Below are positions 11,133-19,337 of a stretch of 64,000 bases of DNA, piece by piece. Within the stretch, counting starts at the first letter, position 1. Each line of letters opens with the position of its first letter. The notes under the pieces are model-generated. The model was not told the origin of the DNA and made no database searches. It saw only the letters and a list, made by a program, of their open reading frames with translations. The stretch is taken from NCBI GenBank assembly GCA_963792895.1, contig CAWBYA010000002.1, positions 2,583 through 66,582 of the forward strand. The letters are read 5' to 3'. A program made the translations under genes and the position numbers. Origin of the DNA: an uncultured Acidimicrobiia bacterium. GTDB lineage: Bacteria; Actinomycetota; Acidimicrobiia; Spongiisociales; UBA5794.

Positions 11133-11531
11133 ATGCGGGTGGTGCTCGATGCCAACGTGTTGATCTCTGCGGCGATCAGTGAAGGTCCGTCGCACCGGAT
11201 CGTGCAAGCTTGGCTGCAGAACCAGCGGTTCGAGTTGGTGATCTGCGATCGGCTGCTCGGGGAAGTGCGCAGCGCGTTGACCGAGCGGCGGCGTATTCGG
11301 AAGTGGAGCTCGGTTGACGCTGCCGACCTGTATGTGACGACCTTGGGACCCGATCCGGCGCCAGGTCCGGCGCTGACCAGGGACCCTGACGACGACTACG
11401 TGATCCGCCTGGCCCAGGCTCACGACGTCGACTACATCGTCAGCGGTGATGCCTACCTTCTCGGGTGGGACGAGCAGGATCCCCCGGTGATCCCACCGGC
11501 GGAGTTCGAGGCGAGACTGAGTCAATGCTGA
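11133..11531 (+). CDS. PIN-domain toxin (VapC-like)
   Basis: MRVVLDANVLISA, RDPDDDYV and IVSGD: conserved acidic PIN residues. Confidence 0.9.
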   Translation: MRVVLDANVLISAAISEGPSHRIVQAWLQNQRFELVICDRLLGEVRSALTERRRIRKWSSVDAADLYVTTLGPDPAPGPALTRDPDDDYVIRLAQAHDVDYIVSGDAYLLGWDEQDPPVIPPAEFEARLSQC

Positions 11532-11674
11532 GCGTCCACCGTCAGCGCTTGGGCCGCGGCTGGGCCGCGAGACGACGAAAACTGATGCAAGACGACTCGA
11601 ACCAACAAGAGGCAAAACACAAGGTCAACGCACGATTCCCATGCAAACCCCGAGGTCATCCAAACCGGTCCGCA

Positions 11675-11738
11675 CTGACTACGGATCAGAAGGATGGGGC
11701 CTGTCGCAAGCGACAGGGTCGAGTCCCTCCGGGCGCGC
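11675..11738 (+). repeat. tRNA-Arg(ACG) 3'-half-derived repeat with inserted hairpin, copy 1 (att-like)
   Basis: CTGA-CTACGGA-TCAGA anticodon arm, AGGAT variable loop, T-arm interrupted by CCTGTCGCAAGCGACAGG, then TCGAGTCCCTC-CGGGCGC; 57 bp identical to copy 2; no 5' half upstream. Confidence 0.85.
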
Positions 11739-11742
11739 TGCC

Positions 11743-11768
11743 GAAAACCGTTGCAGCGCAACGGTTTC
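11743..11768 (+). terminator. Hairpin following repeat copy 1
   Basis: AAACCGTTGC-AGC-GCAACGGTTT. Confidence 0.55.
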
Positions 11769-12013
11769 TGCATGATGGAGGTCTCTCGACCTTCTGACGT
11801 TTGGGAGCCAATCGCGCGCGTTTCAGAGCAGCTCGGTGAATCCCTCCACGGTGAGATCCGCCTGACGCAGAATCGAACGCAGCGTGCCTCGCGCCAACTC
11901 GCGATGCATTGGAACGATCACCGTCCGGTTGGCTTCGTTCCGTAGCTTCAGATGACTGCCGCGTCGACTCACCTCCAAGAATCCGATCTTGGCGAGGGCG
12001 CTAACCACCTAGC

Positions 12014-13087
12014 TGTACTCGGCCATCAGGTTGGTGACACTCGGCTGATGGGTGGTCGTCGTCCGAGTGAGCTGTGTTTGCGTTGATGGTTGTAGTTCTC
12101 GATCCATGATGGCAGGGTTTGGGCTCGTTCGTCGTTGCTGGTGAAGACCTGTTTGTAGGCCCATTCGGTTTGGAGAGTCCGGTTGAATCGTTCGACCTTG
12201 CCGTTTTGCCAGGGGCAGTGGGGGCGGATGGTGACGTGACGGACCCCCATAACGTTGAGGGTGTCGGTGAAGGCGATGCTTTTGGTATATGACCAGTGGT
12301 TGTCGGTCATCACCGCTTCGATCCTGCCGATGCCCTGAACAGCGAAGTATTCAGCGGCCCGCAGCAAGAACCCGGCCGCTGTGGCGCCCTGTTCATTGTT
12401 GTGGATCTCGGAGTAGGCGAGCCGGCTGTGGTCATCGACGGCTGAGTGGATGTAGTCGTAGCCGATACGGGCCTTCTTCTTTTCGGCGGTGACGATCTGT
12501 CGTCCCCATGCTTTCCAGCCGCCACCGTCAGGGATCCTGCCGATCTTCTTGACATCGATATGGATCAGCTCTCCTGGAGTGTCCCGTTCATAGCGGGTGG
12601 TCGTCTGTTTCGAGGCACGGATCACGGCTCCGGTCAACGGATCACACTCGAACAGATACGGCATCCGGTGGCGGCGCAGGATCCGACTGATCGTCCGCGC
12701 CGGCACACCGAGCTCGTCGGCGAGCCGATCCGGCCCCACCCGCAACCGACGCCGTGCAGCCACCACCTGCTCCTCAACCACAGCAGAGGTTCGGCTCGGA
12801 GACGTATACGGCCGCGATGACCGATCCACCAGCCCCACCTCGCCCTCAACGTCCCAACGGGCCACCCAACGATGTGCACACTGACGCGAAATCCCCATCG
12901 CTTTCGCCACATGAGCGATCGGCATCCCCTCCACACGGACCCGCTGCACCAGCAGACGACGCCCATAAACCGTGAGACGAGCATTACGGTGACCCATGAA
13001 GACCTCCAGTGGGTGTTGACGGCAATCACCACTCCACTCGGAGGTCTTCACCCAATCAAACTGTCACCAACGTCCTGACCGGATACA
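12014..13087 (-). mobile_element. Complete IS481-family insertion sequence
   Basis: TGT...ACA ends, imperfect 26-bp TIRs sharing GTTGGTGACA, 6-bp target duplication CCTAGC at 12008-12013 and 13088-13093. Confidence 0.93.
12026..12997 (-). CDS. IS481-family transposase
   Basis: HRNARLT, PGELIHIDVKK, AVDDHSRLAY, MTDN and NGKVERFNRTL (DDE). Confidence 0.95.
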   Translation of the reverse strand: MGHRNARLTVYGRRLLVQRVRVEGMPIAHVAKAMGISRQCAHRWVARWDVEGEVGLVDRSSRPYTSPSRTSAVVEEQVVAARRRLRVGPDRLADELGVPARTISRILRRHRMPYLFECDPLTGAVIRASKQTTTRYERDTPGELIHIDVKKIGRIPDGGGWKAWGRQIVTAEKKKARIGYDYIHSAVDDHSRLAYSEIHNNEQGATAAGFLLRAAEYFAVQGIGRIEAVMTDNHWSYTKSIAFTDTLNVMGVRHVTIRPHCPWQNGKVERFNRTLQTEWAYKQVFTSNDERAQTLPSWIENYNHQRKHSSLGRRPPISRVSPT

Positions 13088-13120
13088 CCTAGCGCCCAGA
13101 CAGGACGGGCAGGCTCGGGC

Positions 13121-13321
13121 TCACGCCGGGATGACAACCGGAGCGATGATGGGAGAATCGATGTGATCGGGGAGCGGCTGGTCCTCGTAGTAGAGCTCGA
13201 GGGCCTCGCGGAGGTTACTCAAGGCTCCCTCCACGCTCTCTCCCTGGCTGGTGACCTCTACTTCGAGGCAGCGGGCGACGTACCGGGGCGGCCCATGGGT
13301 GACGGCGGCGGTGAATCGCAT
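13121..13321 (-). CDS. hicB: HicB family antitoxin (short form)
   Basis: YVARCLEVEVTSQGESVEGALSNLREALELY; GTGA overlap with hicA start. Confidence 0.88.
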   Translation of the reverse strand: MRFTAAVTHGPPRYVARCLEVEVTSQGESVEGALSNLREALELYYEDQPLPDHIDSPIIAPVVIPA

Positions 13322-13493
13322 GGTCAGGAGTCTACGGCCACCAACCGTGTCCGTGGGTGCCCCGTGGTGCGGGTGCCAAGGGAACCATTCGCCGTTGATG
13401 GCTGTGGACGGCCACGGATGCCAGTGGAAGCAGAAGCCTTCCGATTCGGGCTGTGTGTCGGGCTGTGGATGTCCGTGGACGCTGCTTGGAGAT

Positions 13494-13555
13494 CTACGGA
13501 TCAGAAGGATGGGGCCTGTCGCAAGCGACAGGGTCGAGTCCCTCCGGGCGTGCCA
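13494..13555 (+). repeat. tRNA-Arg(ACG) 3'-half-derived repeat with inserted hairpin, copy 2
   Basis: Starts exactly at anticodon loop CTACGGA and ends CGGGCGT-G-CCA; followed by hairpin GAAACCCC...GGGGTTTC (13559-13588). Confidence 0.88.
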
Positions 13556-13803
13556 CCCGAAACCCCTGCGCAGGCGGGCGGGGGTTTCTGTCGCGCCGAG
13601 GGTGCGCCCACGCTCGGCGAACCGACCGTTGGGAGCCATTCTCTTTCTCCGGCGACGTTCGAGGAGCTCAAGGCCCTTCCGTGCAAGCGATATGTGCGGT
13701 TGCGTCATAACGCGATGACCGCTCGGGACTGCCGGATCGAGAGCGGTAGGAGGTGCGCGATATCGCTCTTGGCAGCTGGTGTTCTGGGTGGTTGCGGTGT
13801 CTC

Positions 13804-13817
13804 GATATCGCGATATC
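13804..13817. promoter_or_regulatory. Palindromic operator upstream of RHH antitoxin
   Basis: Perfect palindrome GATATCGCGATATC, 8 bp before the ATG. Confidence 0.6.
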
Positions 13818-13825
13818 ATGACCAT

Positions 13826-14044
13826 ATGGCGAAGGACATCAAACAAACCACCGTCCGGCTCCCCGAAGACCTCGCCGACGACGCCGAAACCGTCGCCCGC
13901 GTCAAGGGCACCAGCGTCAACGCCCTGATCATCGACGCCCTCAAGGCGGAGATCGAGCGGGTCCGCCAGGACGAGGACTTCACCAGCCGCGCCAAGCGGC
14001 TACTCGAACGCGACCGGGAACTGTTGGAACGCCTCGCCCGGTGA
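13826..14044 (+). CDS. Ribbon-helix-helix antitoxin
   Basis: 72 aa, QTTVRLPEDL..ARVKGTSVNALI; GTGA overlap with Doc toxin. Confidence 0.82.
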   Translation: MAKDIKQTTVRLPEDLADDAETVARVKGTSVNALIIDALKAEIERVRQDEDFTSRAKRLLERDRELLERLAR

Positions 14045-14463
14045 CCCGCTACGTCACGCTGGCCGAGTACTTCTGGCTGGCAGAACAAGTCACCGGCGTC
14101 GACGCCGACACCCTCGCCAAGGCAGCACGCTCCGACCTGGCCGACTCCGCCTTGCATGCGCCACAAGCCGGGTTCGGGGACACCGAGTTCTACCCGGACG
14201 TGTTCGACAAGGCCGCGGTGCTGGTGTGCCGGCTGGCGTGGAACCACCCGCTGCCCGATGGGAACAAGCGGGCCGCGTGGGCGGCGCTGGTGTTGTTCAT
14301 CGACTTGAACGACGGGGTCTGGGATCCCGACCCGCCCGACATCGACCAAGCCGAGGAAGCCATGCTGGCGATCGCCGCCGGCGACGTCGACGAGGCCTGG
14401 ACGGCGCAGTGGCTGCGCGAACCGAGTCCGCTTCGAAGGAGACGACTGAGATTGCCGATGTAG
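14041..14463 (+). CDS. doc: Fic/Doc (death-on-curing) family toxin
   Basis: SALHAPQAGFG..FYPDVFDKAAVL..NHPLPDGNKRAA. Confidence 0.9.
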   Translation: MTRYVTLAEYFWLAEQVTGVDADTLAKAARSDLADSALHAPQAGFGDTEFYPDVFDKAAVLVCRLAWNHPLPDGNKRAAWAALVLFIDLNDGVWDPDPPDIDQAEEAMLAIAAGDVDEAWTAQWLREPSPLRRRRLRLPM

Positions 14464-14715
14464 AAATCGCCACACGCCGCCACGGCGATGTGCGGTTCTG
14501 GAGGCAATGGTCACTCGCACCTGCAGCTTGCCAATCCGTGCGGCCACGACCGACTTGCTCTCGACGTACTGGTACGAGAGCATCCAGACAAGCCTCGAGG
14601 GCAAGCGGCGGTGTGCATCGGTTCATGCTGAGACGGACCTCGACGATGGCAAGACCAGATCGACCCGAGGAGGAGGGGACCAGCGTGAGGGGAGGCTGGC
14701 TGCATATCGGCGGAA

Positions 14716-15071
14716 TGAATCACCCCGGGTTTCGTAGAGGCTGGGTCTATTGGGTGACTGCCTCGGGGGTTGTGCTCGTTTGACGGTAGTAGGCGGTTTC
14801 GTGGGCGGCGGGGGTGGTGAACTGGCGGCGACCGGGGAGGATCTCTCCGTGACGGCGCCGGTGGTTGAACCAGTCGACGTACTCGAGGGTGGCGAACTCG
14901 ACCTCCTCGATGCCCTGCCAGAGCCCGTGGGGGTAGATGAGTTCCCACTTGTAGAGGCCGTTGAACGACTCGATCATCGCGTTGTCGTAGCTGTCTCCTT
15001 TGGATCCGACGGATGCGACCACGCCGTTGTCGGCGAGGCGCTGGGAGTACCGAACGGACAGGTATTGACCA
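14716..15071 (-). mobile_element. IS3-family remnant (right IR plus C-terminal integrase core)
   Basis: IR TGAATCACCCCGGGTTTCGTAGAGGC; QYLSVRY..SVGSKGDSYDNAMIESFNGLYKWELI..WFNHRRRH. Confidence 0.85.
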
Positions 15072-15074
15072 GGT

Positions 15075-16386
15075 TCAACCAGTCGTTGCAACACCAGCTT
15101 GTTGAACAGAGCGTAGGTGCTCATCGAAGGCTTCGGCTGGGGTCTTCCAGCCGAGGATCTTGCGGGGCCTGGTGTTCAGTGCGTGGGCGACAGCTTCGAT
15201 CTCGTCTGCGGACCATCTCGCTAGGTCGGTGCCTCTTGGGAAGTATTGGCGAAGCAGACCGTTGGTGTTCTCGTTCGTGCCGCGCTGCCAGGGCGACTGG
15301 GGATCAGCGAAGAACACTGGGATGTCGGTCTCGACGGTGAACTGGGCATGGGCGGAGAGTTCCTTGCCTCGATCCCACGTGAGCGACCGGCGCAGCTGTT
15401 GAGGCAACCTGCTCATCGATTTCGCGAGTGCGTTCTTCATCGTGATGGCGCCGTAGCCGGCGAGGGCGGGCCCGTTCTTGGGGGTCATCTTGTGTCGATA
15501 GCCGGGCTCTCGGGGCAGGTGGACCAGGATCGTGAACCTAGTGGTCCGCTCGACAATGGTGCCGATCGCTGAGCGCTCGAGGCCGATCACGAGATCGCCC
15601 TCCCAATGACCAGGGACAGCACGGTCCTCGGCTTCGGCGGGCCGCTCGCTGATGAGTGTCCCGGGCGTGACATGGGCCCACGTCTTGCGGCGCGAACGCT
15701 CCCTGGGCGCTCTCAACGCTCGGCCTGTGCGCAGACACCAGACGAGTTCCCGTTTCAGCGCGCCGCGCCCTTCGATGTAGAGCGACTGGTAGATGGCCTC
15801 GTGGCTGATCCGCATGGACTCATCATCGGGGAAGTCGAGCTTGATCCGGTTTGCGATCTGCTCGGGACTCCATCCGTGCACCCAAGCCCGGTCCTTGCGA
15901 TGCGGCTTGTTCATCCCCGTCCACCGGGGCGCAGGCGGGCCAGCGACCTCGGTGCCTTGTGGACCGCTGATCCGACCAGCGAGTCGGTTCTCGACGTACG
16001 CGTGCAGTCGCTTGTCCGCAACGAGTTTCGGGACCTTCGGTCGTCGTGCAGCCGTGTCCGCTTTCCATTGTGCTACCGACGCTCGATACTCGATCTTGCC
16101 GCTTCGGGTCGCAGCGTTGCGGCGTAGCTCGCGAGAGATCGTTCCGGGGTCACGACCGATTGCCCGGGCGATCTCACGCACTCCTTTGCCCTGCGCGCGC
16201 AGCAGCGCGATCTCCTCGCGTTCGGTGAAGCAGAGGTAGCGGCCTGAGGGCTGTTTGTTGATGTCGAACGGTGGCATGCCGCCAGCATGGCGGAACCAAC
16301 GGGCACCCACGGCCTGAGCCACACCGGCCACCGCCGAAGCCTCCTCGGGCAGCAGACCCTTGGCGATCTGGGCCCAAAACGCTGCC
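15075..16386 (-). mobile_element. IS30-family transposase, 5'-truncated
   Basis: TISRELRRN, WSPEQIA, SHEAIYQ, PGHWEGDL, TWDRGKE and WQRGTNENTNGLLRQYFP; reading frame is cut at 16387. Confidence 0.9.
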
Positions 16387-16411
16387 TGAACCTCCCCGGG
16401 TTCGGTGGAGG
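16387..16411. mobile_element. Isolated IS3-family terminal inverted repeat
   Basis: TGAACCTCCCCGGGTTCGGTGGAGG resembles the IR at 14716 and is in the same orientation. Confidence 0.6.
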
Positions 16412-16488
16412 AGATGGGAGGGCGGCTGTGGTCTCTCGATCCTGGGAGCCAAGCTGGGAGCCAGTCTCTGTGGCCGGGCCTTGTCCAT

Positions 16489-16546
16489 ATACCGATCAGA
16501 AGGATGGGGCATGTCTCAAGCGACAGGGTCGAGGCCCTCCGGGCGT
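16489..16546 (+). repeat. tRNA-Arg 3'-half-derived repeat, copy 3 (degenerate)
   Basis: 52/57 match to copies 1 and 2 by manual alignment; preceded by TGGGAGCCA x2 (16443, 16455); followed by hairpin 16553-16577. Confidence 0.82.
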
Positions 16547-16667
16547 ATTGGCGAATCCCTGCGTGAGCGGGGTTTCGACGCGCTGGGTTGCGGCGGCGAT
16601 CGGCTGAACTGAGGCTCGTGGGGCTGCGGTATCCCGTCTGACGTCCGCAGCTCCACTGTGCGGTGCT

Positions 16668-17435
16668 TCAGTGCAGCGCTCCTGCCCTGATCCGATCGGC
16701 GAGTTCGACGGACTCGTTTGTCGGAGTGGTCTGCAGTTCACTTGCGAGACGGCCGCGGAGGGCTGCGAAGTGGGAGAGGGCTGCGGCAGGCTCGCCGGCA
16801 TGCACGAGGAGGCGCATGAGGGCGCGGTGGCCACGTTCGTTCCAGGGGTCCAGCTCGACGAGTCGGTAAGCCAGTGCCAGGCCAGCCTCGACCTCCCCTA
16901 GTCGCTCGTACGCGGTGACGAGCCGGTCGACGAGGGCTACGGTCGAGCGGCGGTAGTGCTCTCGAGTATGCACCAGCCACTGGTCCCAGTCCGGACTGCG
17001 GCGCACGATGAGATCCTCGAGGAAGGGACCCCGGTAGAGCTCGAGCGCGGTCTCTAGTGTTTCCACGTGCGGTGTCTGGGACTTGGTCATCCGGGCGAGG
17101 CGGTTGAAAGCCTGGACATCCACGGTCACCTCCGGTGGGCCAGCAAGCGACAAGTGGCGCCGATCCGCCTTCACGATCGGTCGTTCGCCGTCAACGTCAC
17201 CGAGGGAACGGCGCAGCGTGCTCAGTGTGTGGCGGAGGTTCTTGCGGGCGGCACCAGGCGGCCGGTCCGGCCACAACAGCTCGGCGACGGCCTCTCGCGG
17301 GGTAAGGCGCGCCTGGTGGGCGGCGAGATAGGCGAGTAGCGCCCGGGCGGATTCCGATTCGAAGTGTGTCACCGGCCGCCACCCGGCGAGCACCTGAAGA
17401 GTGCCCAAGAGCCGCACCTCGAGCTTCGGGGACAT
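16668..17435 (-). CDS. AfsR/SARP-family regulator (wHTH + BTAD only)
   Basis: EVRLLG, RALLAYLA, ELLWPD, VDVQAF, ALELYRGPFL and DPWNERGHRALM. Confidence 0.88.
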   Translation of the reverse strand: MSPKLEVRLLGTLQVLAGWRPVTHFESESARALLAYLAAHQARLTPREAVAELLWPDRPPGAARKNLRHTLSTLRRSLGDVDGERPIVKADRRHLSLAGPPEVTVDVQAFNRLARMTKSQTPHVETLETALELYRGPFLEDLIVRRSPDWDQWLVHTREHYRRSTVALVDRLVTAYERLGEVEAGLALAYRLVELDPWNERGHRALMRLLVHAGEPAAALSHFAALRGRLASELQTTPTNESVELADRIRAGALH

Positions 17436-17572
17436 AGCGCTCCCAGCGGACCGGTCTTCGCATCGTATGCCGCCTCGCATCCGGGATAACGGAGCTATTG
17501 GTCCCTTCCACGCCCTTTCCACGCCTTCGGACCGTATGATCGAGAGGGATGGTGGGAGAGAGGAGGTATGCG

Positions 17573-18076
17573 GTGAAGCGCATATTCTGTGTGATGGTGT
17601 CGGCGCTGCTCCTCGTCGGCGTTGCGGCGAGTCCGGTTGCGGCGGGCCGAGACAATTGTGTCTCTTTCGAAGGGCGCGAGTACTTCGACGACGTGGTCGA
17701 TCCCGGCGTTGTGCGGGTCCGTGACTCTTCGCTTGCGATTCGGGGTGCGAGCTACAGCTCAACGGTGACTGGCCACCGCTACTTCGAGGGCGCAAGTGAC
17801 ATCGTCTTCAATCTCAACCTCGACCTGGAAACTCTCTCCGGCATCGGTTGGGGCTCGAACCACGTGACTTCGGCTCATTTCGAAGACTCAGGGTTCCAGG
17901 GTGTGTACCGGGTGATCATGTCTGACTTCGATCTCGACACCGGGGCCGGCACGTACGTCGGCCACTCGATCGGCTGGGGCTATGGCGACTTCGACGGGAT
18001 GACGATCACCTCTCATGGTTCGCACACGATCGGCGACGAGTACCAGACCTCGACAGTGACCCTCTGCAGCGGCTGA
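17573..18076 (+). CDS. Secreted hypothetical protein (beta-rich)
   Basis: AGGAGG RBS; signal peptide KRIFCVMVSALLLVGVAASPVAA; divergent from the SARP gene. Confidence 0.7.
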   Translation: MKRIFCVMVSALLLVGVAASPVAAGRDNCVSFEGREYFDDVVDPGVVRVRDSSLAIRGASYSSTVTGHRYFEGASDIVFNLNLDLETLSGIGWGSNHVTSAHFEDSGFQGVYRVIMSDFDLDTGAGTYVGHSIGWGYGDFDGMTITSHGSHTIGDEYQTSTVTLCSG

Positions 18077-18133
18077 GTCCGATCTTTCCTCTGCGCGAAG
18101 CAAGATCTTATCGGCCGATGCCGACCGACATCC

Positions 18134-18580
18134 TCACCTAGCTCCCACGCCGAGCAACCATTGGGGCGCACGAAAGCGCATTCCGACGGGTGCGCCAGAG
18201 CGACAGTTCCAGGATCCGTCCAGAGGAACGTCTCGCAGCCGGGTGGGGTGCGCGACTCCATGCCGGGCGCCGCCCAGCGGTGCCGGTTCAGGACCGTTCG
18301 GGCCGACGACACGCACCGGTGCGAAACGCGGCCAACCAATCGCCCTCCCTCGAATGCATGTCGATTTCGGAGAAGACCCTCTCGACATGCCGGCGGCGAT
18401 CTCCTCCTCCGACGAGACGTAGTGGTAGATCGTCTTGGGCCTGGCGCCCAACGCGGTCGCGAGCTTCGGATCGTGAATGCTTCGATGCCGATCTCGTCGG
18501 CACGAGTAGCCGCCTCTTCCGGCACCTGGTTCCGGTTGAGCGATGGTCGTGCGATCTCTCTCACCCCGACCTTCTCCAAA
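18134..18580 (-). pseudogene. Degraded TetR/TetR_C family regulator
   Basis: LNRNQV..ADEIGIEAFTIR, then after a frame change KTIYHYVSSEEEI..SARTVLNRHRWA. Confidence 0.6.
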
Positions 18581-18619
18581 GGAACGGCTTGACGAGTCGT
18601 ACTAAGTACAAGTACCTTT

Positions 18620-18652
18620 TCGAACAGATCGTACTAAGTACGATCTGTTCGA
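18620..18652. promoter_or_regulatory. Perfect 16-1-16 inverted repeat, probable TetR operator
   Basis: TCGAACAGATCGTACT-A-AGTACGATCTGTTCGA; core CGTACTAAGTAC repeated at 18598-18609. Confidence 0.7.
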
Positions 18653-18666
18653 TGAAGGGAACATCC

Positions 18667-19023
18667 ATGTCGACCTCCAACCACACCCGTCCCCCAGCAG
18701 CAGCCGGGACTCCGGAAGGCCAACGCAGGGAAGAGGCCAGGCAGTACGTGCAGCAGCTTCGTGTCTTCTACGTCCACGCAAGCGTGTTCGCCGCAGGCAT
18801 GGGCATCATCTTCCTTGTGAATCTGGCCACCAACGCAGCGGCCGGCATCACCGGCGAATGGTGGGCATGGTGGTCGGTCTGGGCCCTGCTCGGCTGGGGC
18901 CTCGGCGTGGCGATCCACGGGCTCGTCGTACGCATGTCACGACCCCACAGCTCGAGCCCAACGTGGGAGCAACAGAAGGTAAACGAGATCCTGTCGTCAG
19001 AGGAGGCCGGACCGCCCCGATGA
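18667..19023 (+). CDS. 2TM domain-containing membrane protein
   Basis: ARQYVQQLRVFYVHA..INL..WWSVWALLGWGLGVAIHG..WEQQKV pattern. Confidence 0.8.
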   Translation: MSTSNHTRPPAAAGTPEGQRREEARQYVQQLRVFYVHASVFAAGMGIIFLVNLATNAAAGITGEWWAWWSVWALLGWGLGVAIHGLVVRMSRPHSSSPTWEQQKVNEILSSEEAGPPR

Positions 19024-19337
19024 TGCACGTGAGCCAAAGCTGCCGGCTCGGGGAATCCCGACCAGCACGACACCCAAACGCGATCTGATCAGCACGATCG
19101 CGCTCGCAGCTGGTGGGACACCTCTGCGGTTGGTCACTGTCGCGTCTACGAAGGGCTGGGTGTACTCGGCCATCAGATTGGTGACACCTAGGTGTGATGA
19201 CCGGGTGCCCGATCGGTCGTGGCCGGATCAGAATCGTCGGCCGAAGCCCTCTCGCGATGCCGGATCGTCGTCGGCCTACGGTTGTGTAGCGGCGCCATCG
19301 GCTCACCTCGCGCCGCTCACCTGGCGTCGCTCGCGGC

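Larger units (their letters stand above)
11823..13124 (-). pseudogene. hicA: HicA toxin interrupted by IS481 and carrying an in-frame TAG
   Basis: C-part SRRGSHLKL..VIVPMHRELARGTLRSIL (11823-12008); N-part VSPSLPVLSGR (13092-13124) lies beyond the IS. Confidence 0.88.

Noticed and set aside
11640-11740. Intact tRNA-Arg gene
   Set aside because: No acceptor 5' strand or D-arm upstream of any copy, and the T-arm is interrupted.
11679-16545. CRISPR array or classical integron attC sites
   Set aside because: Spacing is 1.8-3 kb with genes in between; no cas or intI gene; the repeat lacks RYYYAAC/GTTRRRY ends.
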